Shown piece after piece: positions 50,291 through 61,879 of a DNA stretch of 64,000 bases (its first letter is position 1; the number at the start of each line of letters is the position of its first letter). The DNA is taken from positions 25,367,788 to 25,431,787 of the forward strand of contig NC_057724.1 of assembly GCF_004010195.1 (NCBI RefSeq), read 5' to 3'. A program made the translations under genes and the position numbers. The notes beneath the pieces are model-generated. The model did not search any database, was not told the origin of the DNA, and was given only the letters and a program-made list of their open reading frames with translations. The stretch is from Chiloscyllium plagiosum (Eukaryota).

Positions 50291-52299
50291 AGGTAGAGAG
50301 TTTTAGTTAACTTCATAAGCAATAATCATCTGAATAATTTAAGGTTCAATTTAATTTATTCTTATTCAAGAAAGTACTCAGACTAAAAGGAAACTGGAGC
50401 CACATGCTCGTGCGTTGATGCAGCAGACAGACAGTCTCTATGAAAGTGCAATGTGGCCGAACCAACGGTAACCTTGAGGCCTTATTTGGAAATAGAATGT
50501 GAGGATGGCTCTGTACCACACTGAGAAAGACAAAGCTATGAGGTTTAGTAAAGGATGGGAATGTAACAGGCTTCGGAGAGAAGGTAGGATGGCACCTGGC
50601 AAGATTGGAAGGGGCAAGAGATGTCTTTTGGAGCGTATTTTAAAAAAGAAATACTAAACAGGCCATTTTGGATTTCTGTACTGTCTACCTAACTTACAGA
50701 ATCTAAATATCTGAGTTCTCTTAGAGTTTTATGCTATCTTGGAATCTTTTCTGGGGTGGACTCTCCCAACATTGGCTCAACAAATAGTCATTGACCTGTT
50801 TCAAGACATTTGAAATCCTTTCATAAAATAATCTATACAACAAACATTCTGTGATTTCACAACTTCTCAATTACTTCTCAAATTAGGTAATTGCGTTGAA
50901 TTTCAGATGGGACTTTATTTTGTTACAAATTACCTTGTCACTTAACTATCTTCTATTTTCTGTTCAGAGCAAAATCACCAACAATGGACTCAAAAATTGT
51001 ATGATGGTTTGAACAAAATCTAAACGTGAAGTTAGCTGGTTTAGGACTCAATGACGAATTTTCTGATTTTATTGTGCCAACTGCTGACCAGGATCTCAGG
51101 CTTGTTTTTTTCTCAGTGCGGCTGTGCCATTGTCCTTTGAGATCCCTGTTTGTTGGGCCAGTTAAACTCATTATAGACTGCGGAATATGGTGAGAACAGT
51201 GAGGTTTCCTCTGTCCCATAATTTGTGCACAGTTTTGCCCGAGAAGTGAACACTTGATATTTGACTGATTAAAAGGCAGCCAGGCCATTTTGAATCTCTA
51301 TTAACACAAGGTTTTCTGAAAAGGTACTTATGGTGATATAGATTGTTTAAGTCTGCATCAAGCTGTCTCAAGACACTTATGATGTTTGTGATAAAGATTG
51401 ATTTTAGCAGATGTGTTAACATCATTATATTTACACTTGACACCACCAAAACACCTACAAAAAGTAATCATGAGTAGAGGCTTGAAAGTAGCTTTTGCCT
51501 TATAGAAACCAATCCTGCAATTTTTATCTTGTTAGACAAATCATGAGGGCAGAATGATTTGCCTTAAAATAAGCTCATCATGACTCTTGTCTGAAATTCT
51601 GGCATTAAGTATGATCCAATGCCAGCAGTCACAGATGAGATCTATGTTGATTGAGTTGTAACCTATTGCAGTTTGATAACAGATAGCTGTTGTATGCAGG
51701 AACTAAATGACCACATTGGTGTCATCAATAATGCACTGAATATTTGAGAATCAATGCTCCAACATGTTTTATTTTCTCTCTGGTTGCTTATAGGAAGTGT
51801 GATTCATTTGTTTGCCCTGACAACTAAGATAGTAATCATTTGTTTGATGCATCTATGTTCTGAAAATTAGGACTTTCGATTTTAATGCTATGCTAATTAA
51901 GTTTTTAATAGTATTCAGGGTGTAATATTTGCCTGTACTCCAGTACATAGGAGCAGACTGAAAATGAGATTACTGTGATTTGGGTGTACATATTTCTAAT
52001 GCAGCTCTTAAAAAACAAAAGCTTCTAAGTGAGTGAAGAATAGATTCCAGTTCTGTCCATTACCATCTGGCATGAACTGGTAGCAAGGAATGCTGGAAAC
52101 TAGGAAAGGTTTCTTTCACATATAAGACTAGAATCTTAGTGACCTATGTGAAAAATAGCAGAAAAAAAGTGCTTGGGGTATAATTGCTGTCCTTGAACAT
52201 GCCAGTGGGAAAATTAAGTCACTGAGTGGACACCATTTGTCCTTTGAGATAAATGAAGGCATGTCATTAGGGTTTAGGGGTATGGAATGGTTGGAAAAC

Positions 52300-53450
52300 A
52301 TGGGGAAGGTGAAATGGAAGAGATGAACAGGAGACAGTAGAGGAGAGAGAGAGGGATAAAAAGAGAGGATAAGATGGATGTGGAGAGAGAGGAGGAAGGA
52401 GATTAAAGAGAGGATGATCTGGAGGAGAAGAGGAGACAAAAAATGATGGAAAAGGGAAGGAAACACTGGAGGAAGAGAGATGGGNNNNNNNNNNNNNNNN
52501 NNNNNNNNNNNNNNNNNNNNNNNNNNNNNNNNNNNNNNNNNNNNNNNNNNNNNNNNNNNNNNNNNNNNNNNNNNNNNNNNNNNNNNNNNNNNNNNNNNNN
52601 NNNNNNNNNNNNNNNNNNNNNNNNNNNNNNNNNNNNNNNNNNNNNNNNNNNNNNNNNNNNNNNNNNNNNNNNNNNNNNNNNNNNNNNNNNNNNNNNNNNN
52701 NNNNNNNNNNNNNNNNNNNNNNNNNNNNNNNNNNNNNNNNNNNNNNNNNNNNNNNNNNNNNNNNNNNNNNNNNNNNNNNNNNNNNNNNNNNNNNNNNNNN
52801 NNNNNNNNNNNNNNNNNNNNNNNNNNNNNNNNNNNNNNNNNNNNNNNNNNNNNNNNNNNNNNNNNNNNNNNNNNNNNNNNNNNNNNNNNNNNNNNNNNNN
52901 NNNNNNNNNNNNNNNNNNNNNNNNNNNNNNNNNNNNNNNNNNNNNNNNNNNNNNNNNNNNNNNNNNNNNNNNNNNNNNNNNNNNNNNNNNNNNNNNNNNN
53001 NNNNNNNNNNNNNNNNNNNNNNNNNNNNNNNNNNNNNNNNNNNNNNNNNNNNNNNNNNNNNNNNNNNNNNNNNNNNNNNNNNNNNNNNNNNNNNNNNNNN
53101 NNNNNNNNNNNNNNNNNNNNNNNNNNGGGAGTGAAGTGGGAAGAGAGGGGTTAGAGGTTTAGTGGAGGAAGTAGGGGAGAAAAGGAGTTGGACGGAGGAA
53201 TGAAAGTGGGAAAATGTGGAAGGGAGGGAAAGAAAGGACGAGGAGAGACAGAGGGAGAGAAATGGAGAAGAGTGTGGAAGTGGTTGAGATGAAGGACAGA
53301 TAGAGGTGGGAAAATAAGTTGGTGGGTAGAGGATAAGAGAGAGAAGGGTGTTGTGAAATGGAGAGCCGCAGGGTGGCTAGAAGGTAGTGGGGAAGGAGAG
53401 GTGTAAGGGCAGAATGGATGAGTAAAGATGGAGGCTTCTATGAAAAAAAG
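52300..53450 (+). repeat. Purine (G/A)-rich low-complexity tract spanning an assembly gap
   Basis: Strong G/A strand bias on both sides of the gap. Confidence 0.85.
52485..53126. other. Assembly gap (642 N)
   Basis: Run of N. Confidence 1.
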
Positions 53451-53856
53451 ATGAAGTCACTTGGTCCTGTATTCACTGGAGATTTCAAAGCATGGGAGGG
53501 AATATTATTGTAACATATAGTTCCAAAATTTGGTCAGGTGAGATCCAGAACAATGTGTATGATCTCAGGCAAATAAATGTTTGCAATATAAATGATCTGG
53601 ATGTGAACATAGGAGATATAGATACTAAGTTTGCAGATGACACCAAAATTGGAAGTGTAGTAGACAATGAAGGTTACCTTAGATTACTTCGGGATCTTGA
53701 TCAGATGGACCAATAGGCTGAGGATTGGTAGATGGAGTTTTATTTAGATAAATGCGAGTTGCTGCATTTTGGGAAAGCAAATCTTAGCGAGACTTATGCA
53801 TTTAATGCTAAGGTCCTAGGGAGTGTTGCTAAACAAAGAGACCATGGAGTGTAGGT

Positions 53857-54157
53857 CCCTCCTGCAACATGGCGCCAGTTATGGTCGACTCGTTGTGAGC
53901 TCCTCGTGCAGATCTAAATCTCCTATTTCCTACTATCATTCTACACTCTTCAAACTTAATAGCTTGCTTTTAAAAATTACTAATAACTCTGTTTTTAACA
54001 TTCGCCTGCACCTGTGTTTTTATTTTTGTCACTGTTTATCTATTATTTACTATCTATGCTACTTAACTATGTGATCTGCCTGTATTGCTCATAGGACAAA
54101 GCTTTTCACTGTGCATTGGTGCACGTGACAATAAAGTTAATTCATCCAATTCATTCT
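53857..54157 (+). mobile_element. Short retroposon with a Rex1/Babar-like tail, nested in CR1
   Basis: CAACATGGCGCC start; GCTTTTCACTGTGCATTGGTGCACGTGACAATAAA tail. Confidence 0.55.
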
Positions 54158-54387
54158 TAGTTCCTTGAAAGTAGAGTTGCAGGTGGATAGGATAGTGAAG
54201 AAGATGTTTGTATGCTTTCCTTTATTGGTCAGGGCATTGAGTACAGGAGTTGAGAGGTCATATTGCAGCTGTACAGGACATTGGTTAGGCCACCTTTGGA
54301 ATATTGCATGCAATTCTTGTCTCCTTCCTATCGGAAAGATGTAGTGAAGCTTGAAAGGGTTCAGAAAAGATTTACAAGGATGTTGCC

Positions 54388-54799
54388 AGGTTTGGAGAAT
54401 TTGAGCTATAGGGAGAGGCTAAATAGATTAGGACTGTTTTCCCTGGAGTGTCGAAGGCTGAGGGGTGACCTAATAGAGGTTTATAAAATCATGAGGAGCA
54501 TGGATAGTATAAATAGATAAAGTCTTTTCCTTGGGCTGGGGTAATCCAGAATTAGAGGGCATAGGTTTAGGGTAAGAGGGGAAAGATATAAAAGGTTTGG
54601 AGGATTTGAGCTATAGGGAGAGGCTGAATAGATTAGGGCTGTTTTCCCTGGAGTGTCGAAGGCTGAGGGGTGACCTTATAGAGGTTTTATAAAATCATGA
54701 GGAGCATGGATAGTATAAATAGATAAAGTCTTTTCCTTGGGCTGGGGGAATCCAGAACTAGAGGGCATAGGATTAGGGTGAGAGGGGAAAGATATAAAA
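54388..54799 (+). repeat. 205-bp tandem duplication within CR1
   Basis: Units 54388-54592 and 54593-54798; AGG at the junctions. Confidence 0.93.
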
Positions 54800-55124
54800 G
54801 GGACCTAAGGGGCAACTTTTTCATGCAGAGGGTGGTGCGTGTATGAAATGAGCTGCCAGGAGAAGTTGTGGAGGCTGGTACAATTGCAACATTTAAAAGG
54901 GATTTGGATGGGTGTATGAGTAAGAAGGGTTTGGAGGGATATGGGCCAAGTGTTGGCAAATGGGACTAGATTAGGTTGGGATATCTGGTCAGCATGGGCA
55001 GGTTGGACCGAAAGGTATGTTTCTGGGTTGTACATCTCTATGACTCCATGACTCCAATTGAACACTATTAGGTGTCAATGCTATTGAGTACAGAATGATA
55101 CCAGAATTTTCTGAGAAAGCAAAT

Positions 55125-55366
55125 AAGTGAGTTATGAAATAATTCCACAGAGGCTGGTATCCTGTCACCAAGTCACCCTTCATTTATGCATGTATAGTAT
55201 TTGAAATGGCTCTGGCTTCATCAGAGTCAGCTGTCAAAGTGAACAGAACCACTGACACTCCTGTTCATACCTTTCAGCTAGGGCTCCCTGATTTAACTAG
55301 ATTAACAGCCCCAATCGGGAAATTCATTCTATGATGTCCATTGGCTGACCTCATTACAATTACTAC
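55125..55366. repeat. Probable short solo LTR
   Basis: TG...TACTACA termini; no TSD recognised. Confidence 0.4.
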
Positions 55367-55879
55367 AAGTATGATCGTGTGACTTGCTTTAGGTTTGACA
55401 ATGACAACATTTTGAGGTCACTAAAAGGAGTTGTGATTCTGTTTAAAATAGCTGGTATAATTAATTTATTATTATTCTGTACTCATTTGTGAATTACCTG
55501 TGCTGTTTTATTAATAACTTATGAAAAGTACAAAAAAGAAACTTGACCTGGGACTTGTAAGGCAATTATTTTTGGAAAATCAGTTGATTTGCACTTTGTA
55601 ATTAGAACATTATAATATTACTTTAACAAAACCTCAAGTTCTAATAACATTGGAGAAGAAATATTACGTAGGGATAAGTGAGTCAAGGAGAAAACAAGCA
55701 ACTTGTCATCAAATTTCATGAACAATTTGCCCATCTTGTTGACTTTTAAATATCCTACCAAAGGGATTGATGATGACTAATAGAAAAGTGTTGGACTGAC
55801 AGAAAAGAGCAAACTAAAAGCAATGAACTTACAGTCATGACATCTCAATGGCTGTCAGTTGATTTGAGGATAAGCCAAT

Positions 55880-56078
55880 AGGTAAAAGGTAAAGTTACCA
55901 TAGCTCTGCTGTCTCATTAGAGAGCAACGGCTGGTGATGGTTTAACCTGAGGGTGAGCATGCCTCAGATGATTGGCAAGGTTGAGAAGGAGAGTCTTTTG
56001 TGGGATCCTCAGTTAGAAATTAAACCCATGCTGTTAACATCACTCTACATCACAAACCAGCCAACTGAGTTAACCGAT
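55880..56078 (-). mobile_element. Old tRNA-derived SINE
   Basis: Minus-strand head CGGTTAACTCAGTTGGCTGG...GGGTTTAATT resembles A and B boxes. Confidence 0.55.
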
Positions 56079-56122
56079 TCCGTCTAAAAGATTTTAATTG
56101 TGAGTATAAAGTCTAATTTTTT

Positions 56123-56433
56123 GGCACGATGGCACAGTGGTTAGCACTGCTGCCTCACAGCGCCAGAGATCCGGGTTCAATTCCCGCCTCAGGCGACTAA
56201 CTGTGTGGAGTTTGCACGTTCTCCCCGTGTCTGCGTGGGTTTCCTCCGGGTGCTCCGGTTTCCTCCCACAGTCCCAAGATGTGCAGGTCAGGTGAATTGG
56301 TCATGCTAAATTGCCCGTAGTGTTAGGTAAGGGGTAAACGTAAGGTTATGGGTGGGTTGCGCTTCGGCGGGGTGGTGTGGACTTGTTGGGCCGAAGGGCC
56401 TGTTTCCACACTGTAAGTAATCTAATCTAATCT
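56123..56433 (+). mobile_element. Near full-length, young HE1 SINE
   Basis: Matches 10083-10401 along its length. Confidence 0.95.
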
Positions 56434-56699
56434 GTAGGTTGCATATTTTTTGGATAGTTAAGTATATTCAGGTGATTGGGGTTAACAGAGTGTGAACAAC
56501 CTGGCTCTCTGGAGTATACTATTTGATGCCCCTTTTGTGCCATCGTGAAGTTTAGCCACATGGAATGTTGTGCTCACATTGATTAAAGGTTAGGAAAAGA
56601 TGGGTTAGGGAGGTGGAACAGAGAGATTGGAATACGCGTAGCAGTTTTTATTATCTGAGAACATTCTAAGGGACTTTACAACTAAACAGATCTTAATGT

Positions 56700-57610
56700 T
56701 TAGTCATTGTAGTAATCTATGCAATGTGGAGACCAGTTTGTTCATATCAAACTCCCACAAACAACGATGTGAGTAATCTGCTTCTGTGACATTGATCTCA
56801 AGGTAAGTATTGGTCAGAACACTAAGAATCACTACTGAGCATGTGCATATGGAGTTATGTCAACAGATCACCTGGGGACATTATGGCCTGGTGGTATTAT
56901 TGCTGGCCTCATAATCCAGAGACCCTGGTAATGATGTGGGGACCTGTATTCGAATCTTGCTATGGCAGATGGTGGAAGTTGAATTCAGTGAATGTCTGTG
57001 ATTAGAAATCTGATGGGTGACCATGAACCATTGTCGAGTGTTGGAAAAAAAGTCTGGTTCACCTAATGTCCCTTAGGGAAGGAAACTGTTGCCCTTAACT
57101 GGTCTGGCCTATTGGTGACCCCAGAGCCACAGCAGTACGGTTGAATCTTGACTGCTCACTGAAATGACCTAACAAGTCACTTAATCCGAGGGGCAACTAG
57201 GGATGGACAAGAAATCCTGGGGAATGAATGCTGGCCTAGCCAGTGACACTCACACCCCACAAATGTATAATAAAGAAAAACATATAGATCTGGGAGCCGA
57301 GACTTTCGGATTCCAGAGATATTCCTTTCTGTATACTTAATGAAACCCTATTAAAGGGCACTTAACTGATTACAGATTTGACCTTACTACAGAAAGAACT
57401 TCTCTCCTTTTCTTCCACAATTGTACTGTGAGGGTTGAAAGCAGGTAAGGCCTTGGTTTACCATGTTGACAGATGAACAGTATCTCTGACAGTGAAGCAC
57501 TCCATCAGTACTGCAGGAGATTGTCAGTCTAAATCGATGTGCTCAAGTCTCTGGAGTTGAACTTTAAATATTTAATCTGCTGACTCAGTATAGAAACAGT
57601 ACTTCTGACA
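56700..57610 (-). mobile_element. Deu-domain-type SINE (SacSINE1/AmnSINE1-like), split by a younger SINE
   Basis: CTCCCACAAACAAC...TATTGGTCAGAACAC at 56750-56825; TGACAGTGAAGCACTCCATCAGTACTGC...GTGCTCAAGTCTCTGGAGT at 57487-57560. Confidence 0.6.
56875..57280 (+). mobile_element. tRNA-derived SINE (second family)
   Basis: TGGCCTGGTGGTATTAT...TTCGAATC head; homologous to 33025-33342. Confidence 0.78.
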
Positions 57611-58121
57611 ACCTCTGTAGTGGAAAGCATAATTCCTGTGTGGTTTTCCTTTTGAATCCATGACTGTCAAGATTGGAAAACGAGAAGAGGAGCAAATAAA
57701 ATCTATTGAGTAGCGGGTACGATTTGTTCAGTTGTGTGTATGACTGATTATTCTTTGTGTATTATGCTGAGTTATTCAATCCATGAAGTCCCATTAACTG
57801 CTGCAGTCATAGATTTCCCACCACTTCAACTGCGTGCTTTTACATCTGGTAAACACTTGTTCGTATTACTACCATTGACAAATGCAAATTTGCCACTTAT
57901 AGTCTGTTAAGTAGTCTGTAGTTTTCAGGTGAATATAATTGTATACTTACCAGTTTGCATCTCATTCAGGAAGAATCCTCTTGTAAAATTTACTTCCACA
58001 CCTTTAAGAGCAATTTACTACAGCTGTTCTTCCCAAAGTAGTTTTGAATGGAAGTCATTTTATAAGTTGAAAATTAATGTGAGTCCAGATAACAGCTGAA
58101 ACAAAACAAGAAGCATTGTAA

Positions 58122-58300
58122 TAGAGTCATGAAGACATGGACCCATAACAGTGTAGAAACTGGCCCTTTGGCCCACCATGTCTACTGCCAACCAATTACA
58201 CTAATCCCATTTACCTGCACTTGGTCCACAGCTGTCTATGCTCTGGCATTTTAAGTACTCATCCAAATGCTCCTTAACTGTAGCAACTGTACTTATCTTA
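58122..58300 (-). mobile_element. CR1 3' end fragment
   Basis: TVKEHLDEYLK...GPSAGKWD* on the minus strand. Confidence 0.7.
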
Positions 58301-58305
58301 CTTAC

Positions 58306-58468
58306 TTCATTTCTGAAGAAGGGCTTATGCCCGATACGTTGATTCTTCTGCTCCTTGGATGCTGCCTGACCTGCTGCGCTTTTCCAGCAACACATTTTTC
58401 AGCTCTGACCTCCAGCATCTGCAGTCCTCACTTTCTCCCTGTAACCTGGTGTTGTGTGATTTCTAACT
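58306..58468 (+). mobile_element. PLE pLTR (family A) joined to a family B pLTR scrap
   Basis: CTGAAGAAGGGCTTATGCCCGATACG...CACTTTCTCC, then TAACCTGGTGTTGTGTGATTTCTAACT, identical to 12308-12334. Confidence 0.8.
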
Positions 58469-58889
58469 AAAATAATATTCGGTACCTAAAACTTCTTTAA
58501 AAAGTTTCATTTTAAGCACAACAATATTGAGGAACACAAATGTATAGATAGATACACAAAGTAAAACTTTGCTCCAAAAAGAATAGCAAAAATAATTGCT
58601 TGGAAAAACCAAGAAGCCTCGATTGTTTGAGCAACATTTTCCACCTGTCATGTGGAAGTATATCTGAAATAGATGAAAAAACTAGTTGTTGCTTTGTCCC
58701 ATGGTGTTTCACAGCTTATTGTAGATCATCACTTCCGTGCATTGGCAGAATCATGTTGTAGTTCATCCTGTCTTCCTAAAGTCTTCAACTTTGTAGATAA
58801 TAATTGTCCATCAGTGACAGGTTTACCACAGTGCACAGATCTCATTATAGTCACAATTCATGAGATTCATGCCTTCTCTGGTGGAACAG

Positions 58890-59045
58890 ACTACATATAA
58901 CATAATCAAAGCAATCAAGAATCTCCAAGGATATGACTTTGAAGTGAAATATAAGCCAGGTACTAGAATGATTACATCTAACACATGGGGCAGAATTCCA
59001 GCGAGCACAAATACAAAGATATTTCTCTTTGATCTACATGTTGAT
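58890..59045 (+). pseudogene. Gypsy-type LTR retrotransposon pol fragment (RNase H C-terminus)
   Basis: LQGYDFEVKYKPGTRMITSNTWGRIP matches LQxYDFxxxYKPGxxMxxADxLSRxP. Confidence 0.7.
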
Positions 59046-59051
59046 GCTCTA

Positions 59052-59174
59052 ATGATGTGGAAGTGCCAGTGTTGGACTTAATGGACAAAGTCAGAAGTCA
59101 CATGACACCAAGTTATAGTCCAACATGTTTATTTGAAATCACAAGCTTTCGGAGCACTGCTCCTTATTCAGGTG
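59052..59174 (-). mobile_element. Single-arm PLE pLTR (family B) with mutated hammerhead core
   Basis: Minus strand CAC-CTGAATA-A-GGAGC-AGT-GCTCC-GAAA-GC-TT-GTG; homologous to 12149-12368. Confidence 0.8.
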
Positions 59175-61544
59175 CTTCTGAATAATCTGAATCAAACATT
59201 CACAGAAGTATACTGATGATTGGATACCCAAGACCGACTTGATCGTTTCAGAGAGGAAAATAAAGGTTTTTGATTCGACTTGAAATCGAAGGCTGAGGAG
59301 CAGAGTAAATAGCCATTGCTACGTCAGAGGAGGGGGAGTTTATTCACCCAAATACATTATAAAACACCAGTTAAATCAGTTGACTCCTGGAACCATCAGG
59401 ATTACAACAAAAGGTCAACATACACATGCAAGAATTATTCATAAGATTATTCATATTCATAAAATATATTTTGCATAAAGCAAATTTGTTTAGCTAGAAT
59501 AAGATCTATGATTTTGTTGTTCTGTCACCTTTGAAGATGGAACCCTGTGGGGAGATTGGATAGATATTTGAGCTAAAGAAACTGAAGGAGAAGTATTCTG
59601 TTTGTTGCTGTGGGTGTGCTGTCAAAATCTATGTTGAAGCCACAGTAAATTAAGTTATTCTAAAGATTATAAGGGAGCAAAATCCAAGGTTGGAATCACT
59701 TAGAATATGAAAGCCAAAATATTTAGAACAGAAAAAGCAGCGACACAAAGATATATCAGTGATTTATCCAGGTTAATTTGACTTCCAAAGAAATGCTAGT
59801 GGTTACAGAACAATCTATTACGGACTGAAATATAATGATGTAAATAAGGAAGATTTATTGTGGCAGCAAATGTGAATTCAAGTTTAAAGACTGCTTGCAG
59901 ATTGTTACTGTGAGAGAGCAGTGATGAAACATAATAAATATCCTCAACATGAATCGGAAAGTATAAGGCATTCTTTTTCAAATGTACATAAAAGCACAAC
60001 AACACCTGATCTTGTTTCCCAGATATAATCCTGGCAGAGTTAATTAGTAGTATGTTCTGCTGGGACGAGAGCCACACCAGTCCAGCATTCTGTAGGCCTA
60101 AACTAATATAATTCAGAAGTCTGTTGTAACATCAAAGTGAGGCTGCTATTTCTAATTCACGATGTTGTGTTCTCAATGGAAGAAAATATTCCCTCCCTTT
60201 GGTACAGGGAGCAGTTGTGAAATGCTCAGGAGAGATGCAGGTACAACTCTTCCACAGCATCCAAGGGGGACTTGTGTCTTTTCTTTCTCCTTTTCTGTTT
60301 TAAATAAGATCTATCACAAAACAAGGCTGAAAAACATTGGAACAAAACTGAGCACATCCTCTCACAAAGTGTAAGTGGCAACAACTCTGATACTGCAAAA
60401 CTATAAATGTTATTTTCATTTGAGGTAAGCCAAGACAATAGCAGCCTGTTATGTTACAATGGAAACTGACTAAATGGCATCTCAAGCAGCAATAGTGCCA
60501 GAATTTTGTGGCACCAATTTTCCTTGCCAGATCTGTTAATTAGAACTAAAAACAGAAAATGCTAAGAAAAGACAGCACATCAAGCAATTGCAGCAGAGAT
60601 CACAGAGATTTTTAGTGTAGACCTTTTGACAAAATGGAGGATATTACGAACACCATATGAAAAGTAACAGAACAATGGAGGAAAGAAAAACATACGCAGA
60701 AGATAAACAATAGAATTCCTGTAAAGTGGAACAAGGGCGATGTAGGAGAAGTGATACAGAAATAGTATGAGACATGCTGAGAAAATGAAAAGGCATTAAT
60801 GAGCTAATATGTGTGAGTAGCTGGAGGAAAAGAACAAGGCAGATAAAAATGAAGGTTCAGAGAAAGATTCGCAATGTAGAACAAACAAGCAACTGGCCTG
60901 GATGAAGTGAGGAAAAAAACCCAGCAAATTTATTGTGTGGTTTGATGTCATACCATGGGTTTGTGTTCATAACAGACTGATCAAAGAGAAAGCAAAGTCA
61001 ATAATTAATTTCAGCATTAGACTTGAATATAACACTATTATTCATTTATACAAAATATTTCTTTACAAGAAGAGATTCCAGTGTGTGATCTTAGAACTGG
61101 TCCTTCCTTAATGTTATTAGGACAATTCTACCTTCTTCATGTGTTCATATCCATGTGAACTCAAGACTTCTTCTCATTCTGGAGTGTTCAAACTCCTCCA
61201 CACTGTGCCATTTATAGTTAGTGCTATGTAGAACTTCATCCCCACAATGTCAGCCAGATTTCAGGATTATGACCAAAGGTTATTTGATAGTCAGTGAATG
61301 TCTGTTACACCCAAGTCTCTTCTGCTGTAACTGGTGTCAATGACATTATATCTGCCTTGTAACACCCAATGCAGCTCTATGTCCTCGTCCTCCTCCTCAG
61401 AAGACTGCTCACAGTCCATCAGGTCTTTTGCATCCAATATATCATTGCAAGGTTTGGAAGCCCTCACACAATACTCCTCCTCAAGTATTTTTCACCTTGT
61501 CATAAATTTGATGAACAGTTATAAGAATTTGCATATGAGTTATC

Positions 61545-61870
61545 TCATGATAATCTTATGGGTTCTTTTTGGCAAAATATGAAGGTATATTGCCACAAAG
61601 TCTAATGAGTTCTCTTGCCATATCTTGCCAAACTCACCTCATTAAGGTTTCCATGGTATCACTCACGTTCAATCTCTTACAGTGCACCATTCCTGGAAAA
61701 ACTTACCATGCATCAGACATTTACCATATGACTGGCATTTCTTGTCACTGTACCATCTTTGAAAGGCCCAGACAAACAGTGGCAACCCAGCATTATCCCT
61801 CACCTGCAATGTAGTGGCACAGCAGTCATACTGCTCATGATGCATAGTCTGACATGGATAAGTCTGCCTT
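61545..61870. mobile_element. Harbinger-type element end fragment, opposite orientation
   Basis: TCTCTTGCCATATCTTGCCAAACTCACCTCATTAA (about 61611-61645) is the reverse complement of the motif at 1345; 61550-61585 resembles the reverse complement of 44135-44170. Confidence 0.55.
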
Positions 61871-61879
61871 GAGCATACT

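Larger units (their letters stand above)
53585..55053 (+). mobile_element. CR1/HER1 LINE 3' part with a nested insertion and an internal tandem duplication
   Basis: INDLDVNI...KFADDTKIG; LYRTLVRPPLEYCMQF; (TGACTCCA)n tail. Confidence 0.93.

Noticed and set aside
50953-51449. Overlapping minus-strand ORFs in repeat-free DNA (similarly 59796-60077)
   Set aside because: No recognisable protein motif; a host exon cannot be excluded without a database search
52443-53162. Long ORFs of 224-239 aa (likewise 17178-17903)
   Set aside because: Artefacts of translating through N gaps
61334-61814. ORFs with faint resemblance to a Harbinger transposase N-terminus
   Set aside because: No catalytic motifs; the DNA is better explained as a non-coding Harbinger end
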